A stretch of 64,000 nucleotides of DNA from the NCBI RefSeq assembly GCF_004010195.1, contig NC_057718.1, forward strand, positions 66,597,351-66,661,350, in the 5' to 3' direction. Position 1 is the first letter of the stretch, and every line of letters begins with the position of its first letter. Source of the stretch: Chiloscyllium plagiosum. Taxonomy: Eukaryota. A program made the translations under genes and the position numbers. Of this stretch, positions 1 through 12,751 are shown one piece after another. The notes beneath the pieces are model-generated. The model did no database searches and was not told the DNA's origin. It saw only the letters and a list, made by a program, of their open reading frames with translations.

Positions 1-106
1 GAAAAATAAGCCCAAAGGAATAGGAACAGTTCCAAAACTCCGCAAAGGAGGTTCAAGAGATTGATTAAAGAGGGGAAAATAGAGTACAAGGATAAGCTTG
101 CAAGGA

Positions 107-304
107 GCTGAAAATGTGTTGCTGGAAAAGCGCAGCAGGTCAGGCAGCATCCAAGGAACAGGAGAATCGACGATTCGGGCATAAGCCCTTCCTGAAGAAG
201 GGCTTATGCCCGAAATGTCGATTCTCCTGTTCCTTGGATGCTGCCTGACCTGCTGCGCATTTTCAGCTTTGATCTCCAGCATCTGCAGCCCTCACTTTCT
301 CCTC
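107..304. mobile_element. Short fold-back Penelope-related non-autonomous element with 14-bp TSD and hammerhead-like core
   Basis: Inverted arms. TSD taagcttgcaagga at 93-106 and 305-318. CTGAAGA-a-GGGC-ttat-GCCC-GAAA at 192-215. Confidence 0.8.
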
Positions 305-547
305 TAAGCTTGCAAGGAACATACGACTTGAGTAAAAACATTCCTGTTGATATGTAAAGAGAAAAAGATGGGAAACTAATATGGGGGATTTACATTCAGA
401 AATGGGGGATTTAATAATAAAAGGGGGAATGAAGAAATGGCTAACAAACTAAATTTGTACTTCTATCTTCACAAAGGAAGACATGAATAATGTACCATAA
501 ATGTTAGGGAACACAACTTAGCTGAGGGGGAGGAACTGAAGCAACTA

Positions 548-670
548 GGAGAAAGTGAGGACTGCAGATGCTGAAGATCAGAGCTTAAAAAGAAGGGCTT
601 ATGCCCGAAACGTCGATTCTCCTTCTTGGATGCTGCCTGACCTGCTGCGCTTTTCCAGCAACACATTTTT
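548..670. mobile_element. Truncated copy of the same fold-back element, 14-bp TSD
   Basis: TSD aggaactgaagcaa at 531-544 and 671-684. Conserved terminus ggagaaagtgaggactgcagatgctg. Confidence 0.8.
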
Positions 671-924
671 AGGAACTGAAGCAAATCTATATTACAGAAA
701 TGACATTGGAGAATTTGATGGGATTGAAGGCTAATGAATTCCCAGGGCCTGATAATCTACATCTCAGAGTATTTAAGTGGCCCTAGAAATAGTGGATGCA
801 TCGGTAGTCAACTTCCAAAATTCTTGACTCAAACAGTTCCTGCAGATTAGACCTTAAGACACAAGAGCAAAAATTAGGCCATTTGACCCATCAAATCTGC
901 TCTACCACGCAATCATAGTTACTG

Positions 925-2690
925 ACAAAAGTACTTTGGATCCAGCCTCCGTGTAAGTAAGCAGGAGGCAGGAAGAACACAGCAAGCCAGGCAACATCAG
1001 AAGGTGGAGAAGTCAACTTGTCAGGTATAACTCTTCTCCAGGAATGGAGGTGGGGGTAGGGGGAGCTGCAGATAAGCGGGGAGGAGGGGACATACTGACA
1101 GATGAATACAGGTGGTTGTTAGGAGGAATGAATCCTGTTGGTAGCTGGTGGAAAGGGTCGGTTGGAGGGATGGGAGGCAGGCCTGGGAAGGGAGTTGGGG
1201 GATGGGTGGGAAGATCACTTGAAATTGGAAAACTAAATGTTGAGTCAGAGTCATAGAGTCCTAAGCACGGAGAAAGGCCCTTCGGCCCTAACTGGTCCAT
1301 GGCGATCAACATGTCTACCCATGTTATCCCAGTTTCCCGGCACTTGGGCCCATATCCTTCTAAATGTTTCCTATCCACTTAAAAGGCATTTGGACAAATA
1401 AATGTTGTTAATGTACCCGCCTCAACCACTTCTGCTGGCAGCTCATTGTATGTACATACTATCCTCTGTATAAAAAAAGTTGCTCCTCAGGTTCACTTTT
1501 ATTCTTTCCTTTCTAACCTTAAACTGAGTCCCTGTAGTCCTCGATTACTCAACCCTGTGAAAACATCCTCTGTATTGTAGGCTGCCTAGGCGCAAGATGA
1601 GGAGTCATTCCTCCGATTTGCAGTCTGATTCACTGTGGCAATGAAGGAGACCAAGGATGGACATGTCAGAGAGGGTGTGGGAATAGGAATTGAAACAGGC
1701 AGTGACCGGGAGGTCAGGCTGGCCCTTAGCAGGCCTGGCTGAGATGCTCGGCGAAACATGCACTTAGTTTACGTTTGGTCGAACCAATACAGAGAAGATC
1801 ACATGAGGAGCACTGGATACAGTAATCTAGGGTGGAAGAGAGGCAAGTGAACTGCTTCACCTGAAAGGACTATTTGGGGCACTGGCTATAAGTGAGGGAG
1901 GTGATGTGGCATTGGAAGGTGCCAGGGAATGTGTGTGTGTGTGTGTGTTGGTTGGTGGGAGGGTGAAACAAACCAAGGAGTGGTGAAGGGAATGCTCCTT
2001 GCAGAAGACAGGGAGGGGAAGATGTTCTTGGTGGTGGGATCTAGTTGGATTTGGTTGACTTGTTTGAGGATGATATGTTGGACATGCAGACTAGTGTGGT
2101 GGCAAGTCCCACTGGGTGGGAGAACCCTGTCTTAATTATGTTTATGGAGGTGGGGGGTTTAAGAGCAGTAGAGTGGGGCATGGAGGAAGTGTGTGGAGGG
2201 CTGTCTGGGTGACAAAACAGGGAAAAGCACATTGTTTAGAAATAGGTGGACATCTGAAATACTTGAGTGTGCAATGTCTCTTCATCAGAGTAGATGTGAT
2301 GGAGATGGAAAAATGGGATAGAGTTTGTAGTAAATGTTAGTCTGTAAAATGTCGCTGGAGATGGAAACAAGGGGTCAAGGAAGGGGTGGGCGATGTCCAA
2401 GATAGACCAAATGAATTTAAGGACAGGGTGGAATTTGTTTGCAAAATCGAGGAATTGCTCCAGTTCGGCCTTGGTGCAGGATGCAGCACCAATGCAGTCA
2501 TTGGTGTAACGGCGGCCGAGTTGGGGAATGGTTCTGGATTAGTGGTGCTGGAAGAGCACAGGAGTTCAGGCAGCATCCGAGGAGCAGTAAAATCGCCGTT
2601 TCGGGCAAAAGCCCTTCACATCAGGAGTTGGGCAATGGTACCTGGCGCAGATCGAAATTGTCAGGTATGACATGGTGGGCATCATACAGA
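925..2690 (-). mobile_element. Degraded Penelope-like element (RT/GIY-YIG remnants), interrupted by a CR1 3' end (~1247-1565) and a short element (2533-2626)
   Basis: Minus strand at ~1570-1620 reads EE*LLILRLGSLQ, the GIY-YIG C-terminal motif. A degenerate hammerhead-like tail lies near 1010-1045. Confidence 0.65.
2533..2626 (-). mobile_element. Short Penelope-related insertion with ~15-bp TSD and degenerate hammerhead
   Basis: TSD gagttggggaatggt (2518-2532) / gagttgggcaatggt (2625-2639). Minus strand reads ctgatgtgaagggcttttgcccgaaacgg. Confidence 0.7.
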
Positions 2691-4489
2691 CTTTGCTGAA
2701 AGGGGATCAGGATTGGGAGCTGAATATTCAAGGATATACGTCCTACTGTAAACGACAGGCAGAGGGTGTGAGGTTGCTTAATTAGTAAGAAATAAAATTA
2801 AATCAATAATAAGAAACAAAGTAGGGCCAGATGGTGTAGAATCCATGTAGGTAGAATGGAGGAATCGTAAAGGTAAAAAAAAAACAGTTGGAATTACATA
2901 AAGGCCTCCAAACAATAGCAAGATACACCAAGAGAGGGAAAAGATGTGTCAGAAAGGCAAAGTTACAGTGACCGTGAGGGATTTCAATATGCAGGTGGAC
3001 TGGGAAAAATCAGATTGGTAGTGGTTCGCAAGAAAATAAATTTGTCAAATGTCTACAAGATGGATTTTTGGAGCAGCTTAAGGAGGAGCCCACTAGGGAA
3101 CAGGCAGTACTGGATTTAATGTTGTGCAATAAGGCAGACTTGATAAGGGTGCTTAAGGTGAAGGAACACTTAGGAGATAGTGATCATAATATGATTCATT
3201 GAATTTACTCTGCAATTTTGAGAGGGAGAAAATAGAATCAGAGGTAATGGTATTATAGCAGAATAAAGGCAAGTACAAAGGCATGAGGGAGGAGCTGGGT
3301 AGAATTGACTGGGAGAGGAACCTAACAGGAAAAAGACAGTTGAACAGCAATGGCAGGAGTTTCCGGGAGTAATTCAGAACACAGCAAAGATTCATCCTGA
3401 GGAAAATGAATCATGGTAGCGAGAGGATGAGGCAACCATGGCTGACGAGGGAAGTCAGGCATAGAATTAAAGCTAAACAGAAAGCATATAATGTGATGAA
3501 GGACCGTGGGAAACCAGAGAATTAGGAAGCTTACAAAGACCAACAAAGGACAACAAAATATGAAAGGAGGGGAAAGATTAATTAGGAGGGTAAGCTAGCC
3601 AGTAATATAAAAAAAGAGGACTGTAAGCGTTTTAGATACATAAAGGGCAAAAGAGAGGCAAAAACGGACACTGGACTGCTGGAAAATAATGCTGGAGAGA
3701 CAGTAGTGGGAAACAAGGATATGGCTGAGAAACTGAATGATTACTTTGTGTCAGTCTTCTTGGTGGAAGACACGAGTAATTTCCCACAACTTCAAGAGAG
3801 TGAAGGGGCAGAACCGAGTATGGTGGCCATCATCAAGGAGATGGTACTGGAAGGTTTGAAGTTGGATAAATCAGCTGGACCAGATGGGCCACACTCTAGA
3901 GTTCTAAGGGAGGTAGCTGAGGAGATAGTGAAGGTGCTAGTGGTGATTTTTCATGAATCACTAGAGTCAGGGAGGGTTCCAGAGGACTGGAAAATCACTA
4001 ATGAATTACCCCTCTTTAAAAAGGGAGTAAGGCAAAAAAAATGGAAAATTACAGACCAATTAGCCTAACTTCAGTCATGGGTAAGATCCTGGGATTCATT
4101 GTGAAGGACGGGATTTCTGAATCCTTGGAAGTATATAGTAAATTACGGCAAAGTCAACCTGGTTTCATCAAGGAGTGGTCATACCTGACAAATTGTCTAG
4201 AGTTCTTTGAGGAAGTAATGAGCAGGTTAGACCAAGAAGAGCCAATGGATGTTACCTACCTGGACTTCAAGAAGGCCTTTGACAAGGTGCCGCACAGGAG
4301 GCTACTGAGTAAGATAAGGGTCCATGGTGATAGAGACAAGTGTTTGCATGGATATAAGCTTGGCCGTCTGACAGAAAGTAGAGAGTGGGGATAAAAGGGT
4401 CTTACTCAGGATGGCTGCTAGTGACAAATGGTGTTCCACAAGACTCAGTGTTGGGACCACATTTCACTTTATACATTAACAATACATGA

Positions 4490-4780
4490 CCTGAAGGTGC
4501 CGGTGTTGGTCTGGGGTGGACAAAATTAAAAATCACAACTCCAAGTTATAATCCAACAGGTTTATTTGTAAGTACTAGCCTTCGGAGCACTGCTCCTTTA
4601 TCAGGTAGCTGTGGAGCAGAATCATAAGGCACAGAAGTTATAGCTATAGAATCCTTTGCCATAAATTGTGAGACTTATGATCATGTTCCATACCTACCTG
4701 ATGATGGAGCAGTGCTCCGAAAGCTTGTACTTCCAAATAAACCTGTTGGACTATAACCTGGTGTTGTGAGATTTTTAACA
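4490..4780. mobile_element. Second-family fold-back Penelope-related element inserted in CR1, with hammerhead core
   Basis: Inverted arms at ~4525-4610 and ~4693-4780. Shares its sequence with the Penelope 3' end at 37380-37490. Confidence 0.75.
4695..4729 (+). ncRNA. Minimal type I hammerhead ribozyme motif
   Basis: tac-CTGATGA-t-GGAGC-agt-GCTCC-GAAA-GC-TT-gta: conserved core, 5-bp stem II, palindromic stem III, tac/gta stem I. Confidence 0.65.
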
Positions 4781-5449
4781 TTAATGATATAGATGAAGGA
4801 ACCGAGGGCATTCTGGCTAAGTGTGCAGATGATACAAAGATAGTACAAGAACAGGTAGCATTGAGGAGACGGGGAGGCTGCAGAAGGATTTGGACAGGTT
4901 AGAAGAGTGGGCAAAGAAGTGGCAGCTGGAGTACAATGTAGGAAAGTGTGAGATCATGCACTTTGATAGGAAGAATAGAGGTGTGGACTGTTTCCTAAAT
5001 GGAGAGAAAATTCAGAAGTCTTAAGTGCAAAGAGACTTGGGAGTTCTAGGTCAGTATTCTCTTAAGGTAAACTTGAAAGCTGAGTCAGTAAATAGGAAGG
5101 CAAATGCAACGACAGCATTATTTTGAGGGGACTTGAATATAAGAGCATGGATGTACATCTGAGGCTGTATAGGGATCTGCTCAGAGCACATTTGGAATAT
5201 TGTGCACTGTTTTGGGCCCCATATCTCAGGAAGGATGTACTGGCCCTGACGCATGTTCAGAGGAGGTTCACGAGAATGGTCCCGGAGTGAAAAGCTTAAC
5301 TTGTGAGGAAAGTTTGAGGACTCTGGGTCTATACTCAATGGAATTTAGAAGGAAGAAACTTATAAAATACTGAGCAGCCTGGACAGAGCGAATGTTGGGA
5401 AGATGTTTACATCGGTAGGAGAGACTGGGACCCAAGCGCACAGCCTTGC

Positions 5450-7670
5450 TGTGTTCTTCCAGTCTACCCTGCCATTTAATGACCTGATATCTATAACCTT
5501 TTGTGGCAATGGGTTTCATGGATTCACTACTTTCTGGCTGAAGAAGATTCTCCATTCTAAATTATTTTTCCTTTACTCTAAGGCTGTGCGCTCAGGTCCA
5601 GTCTAATCTGCTAATGGAAACATCTTCCCAATGTCCAATCTGTCCAAGCAGTTCAGTATTCTGTAGGTTTAGATTAGATTCCCCCCATATTCTTCAAAAC
5701 TCCAAGTATAGATCCAGAGTCCTCAAATGTTCCACATATGTTAAGCGTTTAATTCCTTGGATTATTCTTGTGAGCCTCCTCTGAACCCGCACCAAGGTTA
5801 ATACATCCTTCCTGAGGTATGGGGCCCAAAATTGCTCACAATACTCTAAACGTTGTCTGACCAGATCCTTATAAAATTTCAGACGTACATCCCTGCTTTT
5901 ATATTCTAGTCCTCTTGAAATAAATGCCAACATTGTATTTACCTTCCAAACTACTGACTCAACTCAACAAGTTTACCTTGAGAAAATCCAGGACTAGGCA
6001 TCCCAAGTCCCTTTGCACTTCAGGTTTCTGAATTTTCTCCCTATTTAGAAAATAGTCTGTGCCTCTATTCTTCCTCCCAAAGTATGTGACCTCACTTGCC
6101 CACATTGTATTCCAACTGCCACTTTGCCCACATTTCTAACCTGTCTAAACAGTCTCCTCAACACTATCTTTCCCTCTACCTATCTTTACATCATCTGCAA
6201 ACTTAGCCAGAATGCCCTCAGTTCCTTCATCTAGATCATTGGTGTTTGAAGTGAAAAGTTATGGTCCCAACACTGACCCTTGTGGAACACCACAAGTCAC
6301 TGGCTGCCATCCTGAGAAGGACCCTTTTAAATGTCCACTCACTGCTTTCTGCCAGACATCCAATCCTCTAACTATATAATGCCTTGCCTCTAATACCATG
6401 GACTCTTACCTGATTCAGCTCCTGCACAACACCTTGTCAAAGGACTTCTGGAAGTCAAATAGATAACATTCATTTTCTTTCCTTTGTCTAACCTGCTCAT
6501 GACCTCTTCAAAGAATTCTAACAGATTTGTCAGGCATGACCTCCCCATGATGAAACGATGCTGACTTTGCCCTATTTTATCCTGCACTTCCAAGTATTCA
6601 TAATTCTTATCCTTCACAGTAAACTCTAAAATCTTACCAATGACTGAGGTCAGGCTAATTAGCCTGTAATTTCCATCTTTTACCTTACTTCCTTCTTAAA
6701 CTGGGGGGGGAAGGAAAGGAGGAGGAGACTTACATTAGCGATTTTCCAGTCCTCTGGGAGCCTCTTTGACTCCAGTGATTCTTGAATGATCACCACTAAC
6801 GTCTTCACTACCTTTTCAGCTATCTCCCTCAGATCCCTGGGGTGTAGTCCAGCTGGTCCAGGTGATTTATCCACCTTCAGACCTTTGAGCTTTTCTAGTA
6901 TCTTCTCCTTGGTGATGGTCAACATAACTCACCTTTGCCCCGCAACTCTCAAGTTTTTGGGATGCTACTTGTATATTCCACCATGAAGACTGACACAAAG
7001 TACTTGTTCAGTTCCTCTGCTATTTCTTTGTTCCCCGTTACTACTCCAGCGTCATTTTCCAGCAGCCCAATGTCCACTTTTGCCTTTCTTTTGTTCTCTA
7101 TATATTTAAAGAAACTCTTGCAACCTTCTTTTATATTACTGCATAGCTTCCCCTCATTTTAAATTTCTCCACCCCCATTTCTTTTTTTACTTGTCCTCTG
7201 TTGGTTTTTGTAAGCTTCCCAATCCTCTGGTTTCCTACTGCCCTTTGCCACAATATATGCTTTCTCTTTTGTTTTTAATGCTATCCCTGAGTTCCCTACT
7301 CAGCCAAGATTGCCTCATCCTCCCTGTACCATGCTTCGTTTACCTCAGGATGAATCTCTGCTGTGTCTCCCAAATTATTCCCAGAAACTCCTGCCATTTC
7401 TATTCCACTGCCTTTCCTGCTAGTCTCCTCTCCAAGTCAATTCTACACAGCTCCCCCCTCATTGCCTCTGTAGTTACCTTTATTCTGCTGTAATACTGTT
7501 ACATCAGATTCCAGTTTCTCCCTCTCAAATTGCAGATAAATTCTATCATATTATGGTCACTGCCTCCTAAAGGCATGTGAGATGAAGGAGCCCTTATCAA
7601 GTCCGACTCATTACACATCACTAAATCTACTACTGCCTGTTCCCTAGTGGGTTCCATCACAAGCTTCTCC
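5450..7670 (-). mobile_element. CR1 LINE, same family as 2700-5450, opposite orientation
   Basis: ORFs 5694..5933, 6390..6617 and 6680..6925 (KSPGPAGLHPRDLRE, LEYCEQFWAPY). Confidence 0.9.
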
Positions 7671-7679
7671 AGAAAGGGT

Positions 7680-8790
7680 TACATTAGCTACCCTCCAATT
7701 GAAAAGGGAAGTAGACAGAAAACAGGGAATTATAGGTTAGTTATTCTGATGTCAGTAGTGAGGAAGATGCTAGAGTTCGTTACCCAGAATTTTACAGCAC
7801 TTCAAAAAACAGTGGTAGACTCAGAGTCAGTATGAACTTACAAAAGAGAAATCATCTTTGACAAATCTAACACAATTTTTCGAGGAAATAACTTGTTGAG
7901 TTGATCATGAAGAGTCAATGGATGTGGTTTACTTGGACTTTCCGAAGGCTTTTGATCAAGTCCCACACAATAAAGTAATGTGTAAAATGGAAGTACATGG
8001 GATTAGGAGTGGTGCATTGTGATGGATAGAGAAGTGGCTAGCATTCAGGAAATAAGAGCAGGGAACAGTACTAAGACTCCAGCTATTCACAAAATGTTAA
8101 TAATTTACATGAGGAAGTTAAATGTAATATCTCAAAATTTGCAAGCAACACAAATGGCCTAGCCCTATCTTCTTTGCTTCTATTTGTAAATCTGTAGCAT
8201 CAATGGGAGAGCAGCAACAACAATCAGAAAAATGAAAAAGCACAATGTGTGAGGCACCAACAGTAGTTCAGCTGTGATACCAAAGCTAGCAGACTTTTAC
8301 TTCCATCAAGGCCTCATACACTGTGTGTATAGATTTGGGAGTGAAGTCAATTCACTGATGTTAGATCATGAATTGCCTACTTCCTATGACCGAGGAAATC
8401 CTGCCAAGGATATACTGTGGCTTTAGCCCTTTTGTTGAAACTTCTGACATGCTCCTTTTTGCCAGATAAATCTAAATCAACTTCAGCAGGGGGAGGGTTA
8501 CACAGCATTTGTTCAAAGCCTTTGGAAAGGTCGCAAATGATAGATAGACCGATAAAGATGGAAAAAGCACATGGGATCCAGGGTAACTTAGCAAGTTGGA
8601 TCCAAAATTGACTTTGTGGTAAGAGACAGAGTGTGGCGATAGAAGACAGTTTGTCTGACTGGAGGCCTGTTACACTTGTATATCACAAGGATCAGTGCTG
8701 GGTGCCTTATTATTCATGACATATATAAATAATATAGAAGAGAATATGGTGGGGATGATAAATTAGTTTGAAGATTGCTGGGTGGTTGAC
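7680..8790 (+). mobile_element. Fragmented CR1 RT pieces
   Basis: GNYRLVIL at ~7725 and DVVYLDFPKAFDQVPH at ~7920. Confidence 0.7.
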
Positions 8791-9362
8791 AGTGATATTG
8801 GCTATTCATTTCAAAAACCAGATGTCTGATGTCAAAATTAAATACAGTCTAGATGGGCAACTCTTTAGCATCAGTCACCTCTAAGCCAAAACCATCCATC
8901 TTAGTTATGCATGATGCAGAGATTGTGGATGAGCCCATTATCATAATTCACTCAGCACCACATCTGTAAGCCACACTCAATCTCTTGATTTCTGCATACA
9001 GGAAATACAATCTGCCCTTGAATGTTGCCAAGTTCACATCCATTCACACATTGAAGAGACGACTTTGGAACACCTTGAGCGCAGCAGCACGGACGCCGAG
9101 TTTTAATAAGATGCTCCCAATCTCTCAGTATACTAACGATTAGTCTGTCAAGCTGCAACACATTTTCAGTCCCAATATCTTATTGATGAGGCACAATAGT
9201 GGCAGAGAAGGAGAAAGTAAGCAAATCCTGCACTCCACATCCCACTACCTCATGAGACATTTGTGTAATGTATTACAATTGTTAAAATAATAATACCACA
9301 GTGATCAAATTACCTTAGTTATTACAAAAATAGATCATTGACAGATACAGGACTAGAACTTA

Positions 9363-9491
<129 letters not shown>

Positions 9492-9624
9492 CTAAACATC
9501 AAAAATTAGATTGCACAGATTACATTAAATACGCAAGAAAAACTACACTTAAAATGTCTCGTTTCAAAATGTTTCTTCTGGAGCATAAAATGGGCATGAT
9601 GGGTATATTCAACCTTTCTACCCA

Positions 9625-10790
9625 AGTGGATGAGGGCAAAGTGGTTGATGTGGTGTATATGGATTTTAATAAGGCTTTTGATAAGGTTCCTCATGGTAAG
9701 CTATTGCACAAATTATGGAGGAATGGGATTGAGGGTGATTTAGGTTTGGATCAGAAATTGGCTAGCTGAAAGACGACAGAGGGTAGTAGCTGATGGGAAA
9801 TATTCAGCCTGGAGTTCAGTTACTAGTGGGGTACTGCAAGGATCTGTTTTGGGTCCACTACTGTTTGTCATTTTTATAAATGACCTGGATGAGGGCATAG
9901 AAGGATGGATTAGTAAATTTGTGGATGACACGAAGGTCGGTAGAGTTGTGGATAGTGACAAAAGATGTTGTAGGTTACAGAGAGACATAGATATGCTGCA
10001 GAGCTGGGCTGAGAGGTTGGAAATTGAGTTTAATGCGGAAATGTGTGAGGTGATTCACTTTGGAAGGAGTAACAGGAATGCAGGGCACTGGGCTAATGGT
10101 AAGATTCTTGGTAGTGTAGATGAGTAGAGAGATCTCTGTGTCCAGGTATATAGATCCTTGAAAGTTGCCACCCAGGTTGATAGGGTGTTAAGGCGGCACA
10201 CTGTGTATTAGCTTTTATAGGTAGAGGGATTGAGTTTTGGAACAGTGAGATCATTCTGCAGCTGTACAAAACTCTGCTGCGGCCACATGTGGTGTATTGC
10301 ATACAGTTCTGGTCACTGCATTATGGGAAGGATGTGGAAGCTTTGGAAAGGGTTGAGAGGAGATTTACTAGGATGTTGCCTGGTACGGAGGGAAGGTCTT
10401 AGGAGGAAAGGCGGAGGGACTTGATGCTGTTTTCATTAGAAAGAAAAAAGGTTGAGAGGTGACTTAATTGAGACATAAGATAATCAGGAGGGTTACATAG
10501 GTTGGACAGTGAGAGACCTTTTCCTCGGATGGCTAGCATGAGTGGACATAGCTTTAAATTGAGGGATGACAAATATAGGACAGATGTCAGAGGTAGTAGG
10601 GTCTTTATTCAGAGTAGTAGGGTCATGGAATGCACTGCCTGCAATAGGAGTAGATCTGACAACTTTAAGGGCATTTAAATGGTCATTGGATAAACATATG
10701 GATGAAAATGGAATAGTGTAGGTTAGATGGGCTTCAGATTGGTTCCACAGGTTGGCGAACATCAAGAACCAAAGGAATAATCTATGTTCT
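9625..10790 (+). mobile_element. 5'-truncated CR1 LINE (RT C-terminal half to 3' end)
   Basis: [25 protein letters not shown] and FVDDTK in ORFs 9449..9769 and 9849..10127. Confidence 0.9.
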
Positions 10791-12057
10791 AACTTGATAT
10801 TATTAAATATGACCTCAACTCTTTACCATGTAGCTGATCGTGTATAGACTGCCAACCGATTATACAGTTTTGACCAAAGTAACCCTGTTGATTTTGAACA
10901 TGCTAAGCCCAGATCACATGGTACTCACAACCGTAGACATCCTTAATGGTTTCTAGACCATTCTTTTAGTCACAGAATCAAAAGTAAATTAATTTGCATT
11001 GTAGAGTATAAGCAATACACATGGATCCACAACTCAAAAGGCCCTCCAATCATCTGTCTATATTCCACCAGGCAATGAATGGGGTCCTCACAACACTGGA
11101 TCGGTGCTTCGATAAAGACACTCTGCTGCAGCATCTCCTGATCGCTTTTAAGATCAAGAGTGGGCATTATGAAGAACTAGCCTATCTTTTGGAAGTGCTG
11201 CAAAGTACCAGTCAAGGTTAATTACAAAACGACGGGCTGGATAATTAGTGATCCAGTATCAGTGACACGCCAGTTGTCAATGTCAGAGGATTGACATGCT
11301 GTGATGGCCAACAGACCCCTACTCATGAACATGAGGGATATCAGGAATGTTTTAAGGCTCTTTCATTACTATCAGAATTTTATCCCTAATTTCACATCAT
11401 TGTAGAGTCTGCAGAACATTTGGCAAAGGGAGGATTTGCCACTTGAGAACTGATAGAATCAGACAGGAACAGGAAAAGGCATACGAAGGTTAAAGAGTGC
11501 TGAATATGGACAGACTATTCATTTTGGAGATATTACAATGCTGTCCTGAAGTAGTGGCATAGTGAACAAAGTGGTCTATTATGCCACCCAAAGGTCTGTG
11601 CTAACTATTGATTAATGAGCCAGTGATGTCACCCTAGATACCGGTCATGCTTTGGTGGAACTGTTAAATGCAGGCAAACTAAGATCAGTAACAACAGTAG
11701 AAGAACCAAATGGGAGATGGCTTGATTCCCAAAGACAGGTTTGAGCAAATACTGCATCCCTAATACATGACTGTTCTGCCTTCATCGTAGCAAAGTTCCT
11801 GACAGAATTAATACCAAATCGGGGAATGCCTCTTCAAGGAGACTCAGATCATGGGACTCTCGAGTGGGAAAGTAATGAAGAAAATACTTCAGTTGTCAGG
11901 AATAGCATCCATATCATCCCCAGAGTTGAAGCATGGTAAAACGAATGAACCAAACATTACAATCTGCCACAGCAAAGGTCATAAAGCATACAGGGAGATA
12001 ACAGGTGGGTATCCTCCATAACATGACATACAGCAATTCAAACTGGACAACTGGACA

Positions 12058-12345
12058 TTTTTTATTCATTCATGGGATGTGGGTTCACCAGCTAGGACAG
12101 CATTTGTTGTCTATCCCTAATTTCCCAGAGGACAGTTAGAGTCAATCACATTGCTGTGGGTCTAGAGTCACATATAGGCCAGACTAGGTAAAGCACAGCA
12201 GATTTCCATCCTAAAGGATATTAGTGGACCAGATAGGTTTTTATGACAATCAACAATGGTAAGCTCCAGATTATTCTAGAATTTAAAATTGGAATCAAAT
12301 TTCACTGTGTACCATGATCCTGGAACTTTGGCCTGCAATTCTGGT
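12058..12345 (-). mobile_element. SINE-like insertion within the ERV
   Basis: Interrupts the integrase region. The tttttattcattc end looks like a minus-strand 3' tail. Confidence 0.5.
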
Positions 12346-12751
12346 TTCCCATCACCTCCTTACTAAGACCAATTGAATTAATGGCTGGAAAAGCAATGAA
12401 AATCGCCATCTCTTGTGCTCTCTCCCCAATTCTAATTATCTTTTCCTCAGAGGATGATATGTCACGGGGCATGTAATGGGTATCTGATGCTCACAAGTGG
12501 ATGAATTAATACATCATATATCATTATACCCAGAAGGATGAACTGCAAATAATAAAGATGCAGTACCACAAAGAGTGAGAAGCTATGTGGTAGAACTATA
12601 TTAGCAGTTAAATGAATTGAGGAAGTAAGGATTCACAGAAGACTCAGATCATGGGACTGAAGGAGAATGGCTTATGACAAAATTGTGTGGCTGGCTTGGG
12701 TTCGCCATAAGATGAAACTTTCTAATCAATCCGTTCAGAGGGATGCTAACA

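Larger units (their letters stand above)
1..850 (+). mobile_element. Decayed CR1-type LINE ORF2 fragment, host to two short fold-back insertions
   Basis: CR1-like remnants such as GLKANEFPGPDNLHLRV, resembling KSPGPDGLHPRVL. Confidence 0.75.
2700..5450 (+). mobile_element. CR1 LINE (endonuclease and RT remnants, frameshifted)
   Basis: ORFs 3706..4068 and 4041..4394 contain GPDGPHSRVL, NYRPISLTS and [13 protein letters not shown]. Confidence 0.9.

Noticed and set aside
107..304. Palindromes resembling rho-independent terminators, CRISPR repeats or miRNA hairpins
   Set aside because: Eukaryotic context, dispersed copies with TSDs, and no repeat-spacer array; best explained as mobile elements.
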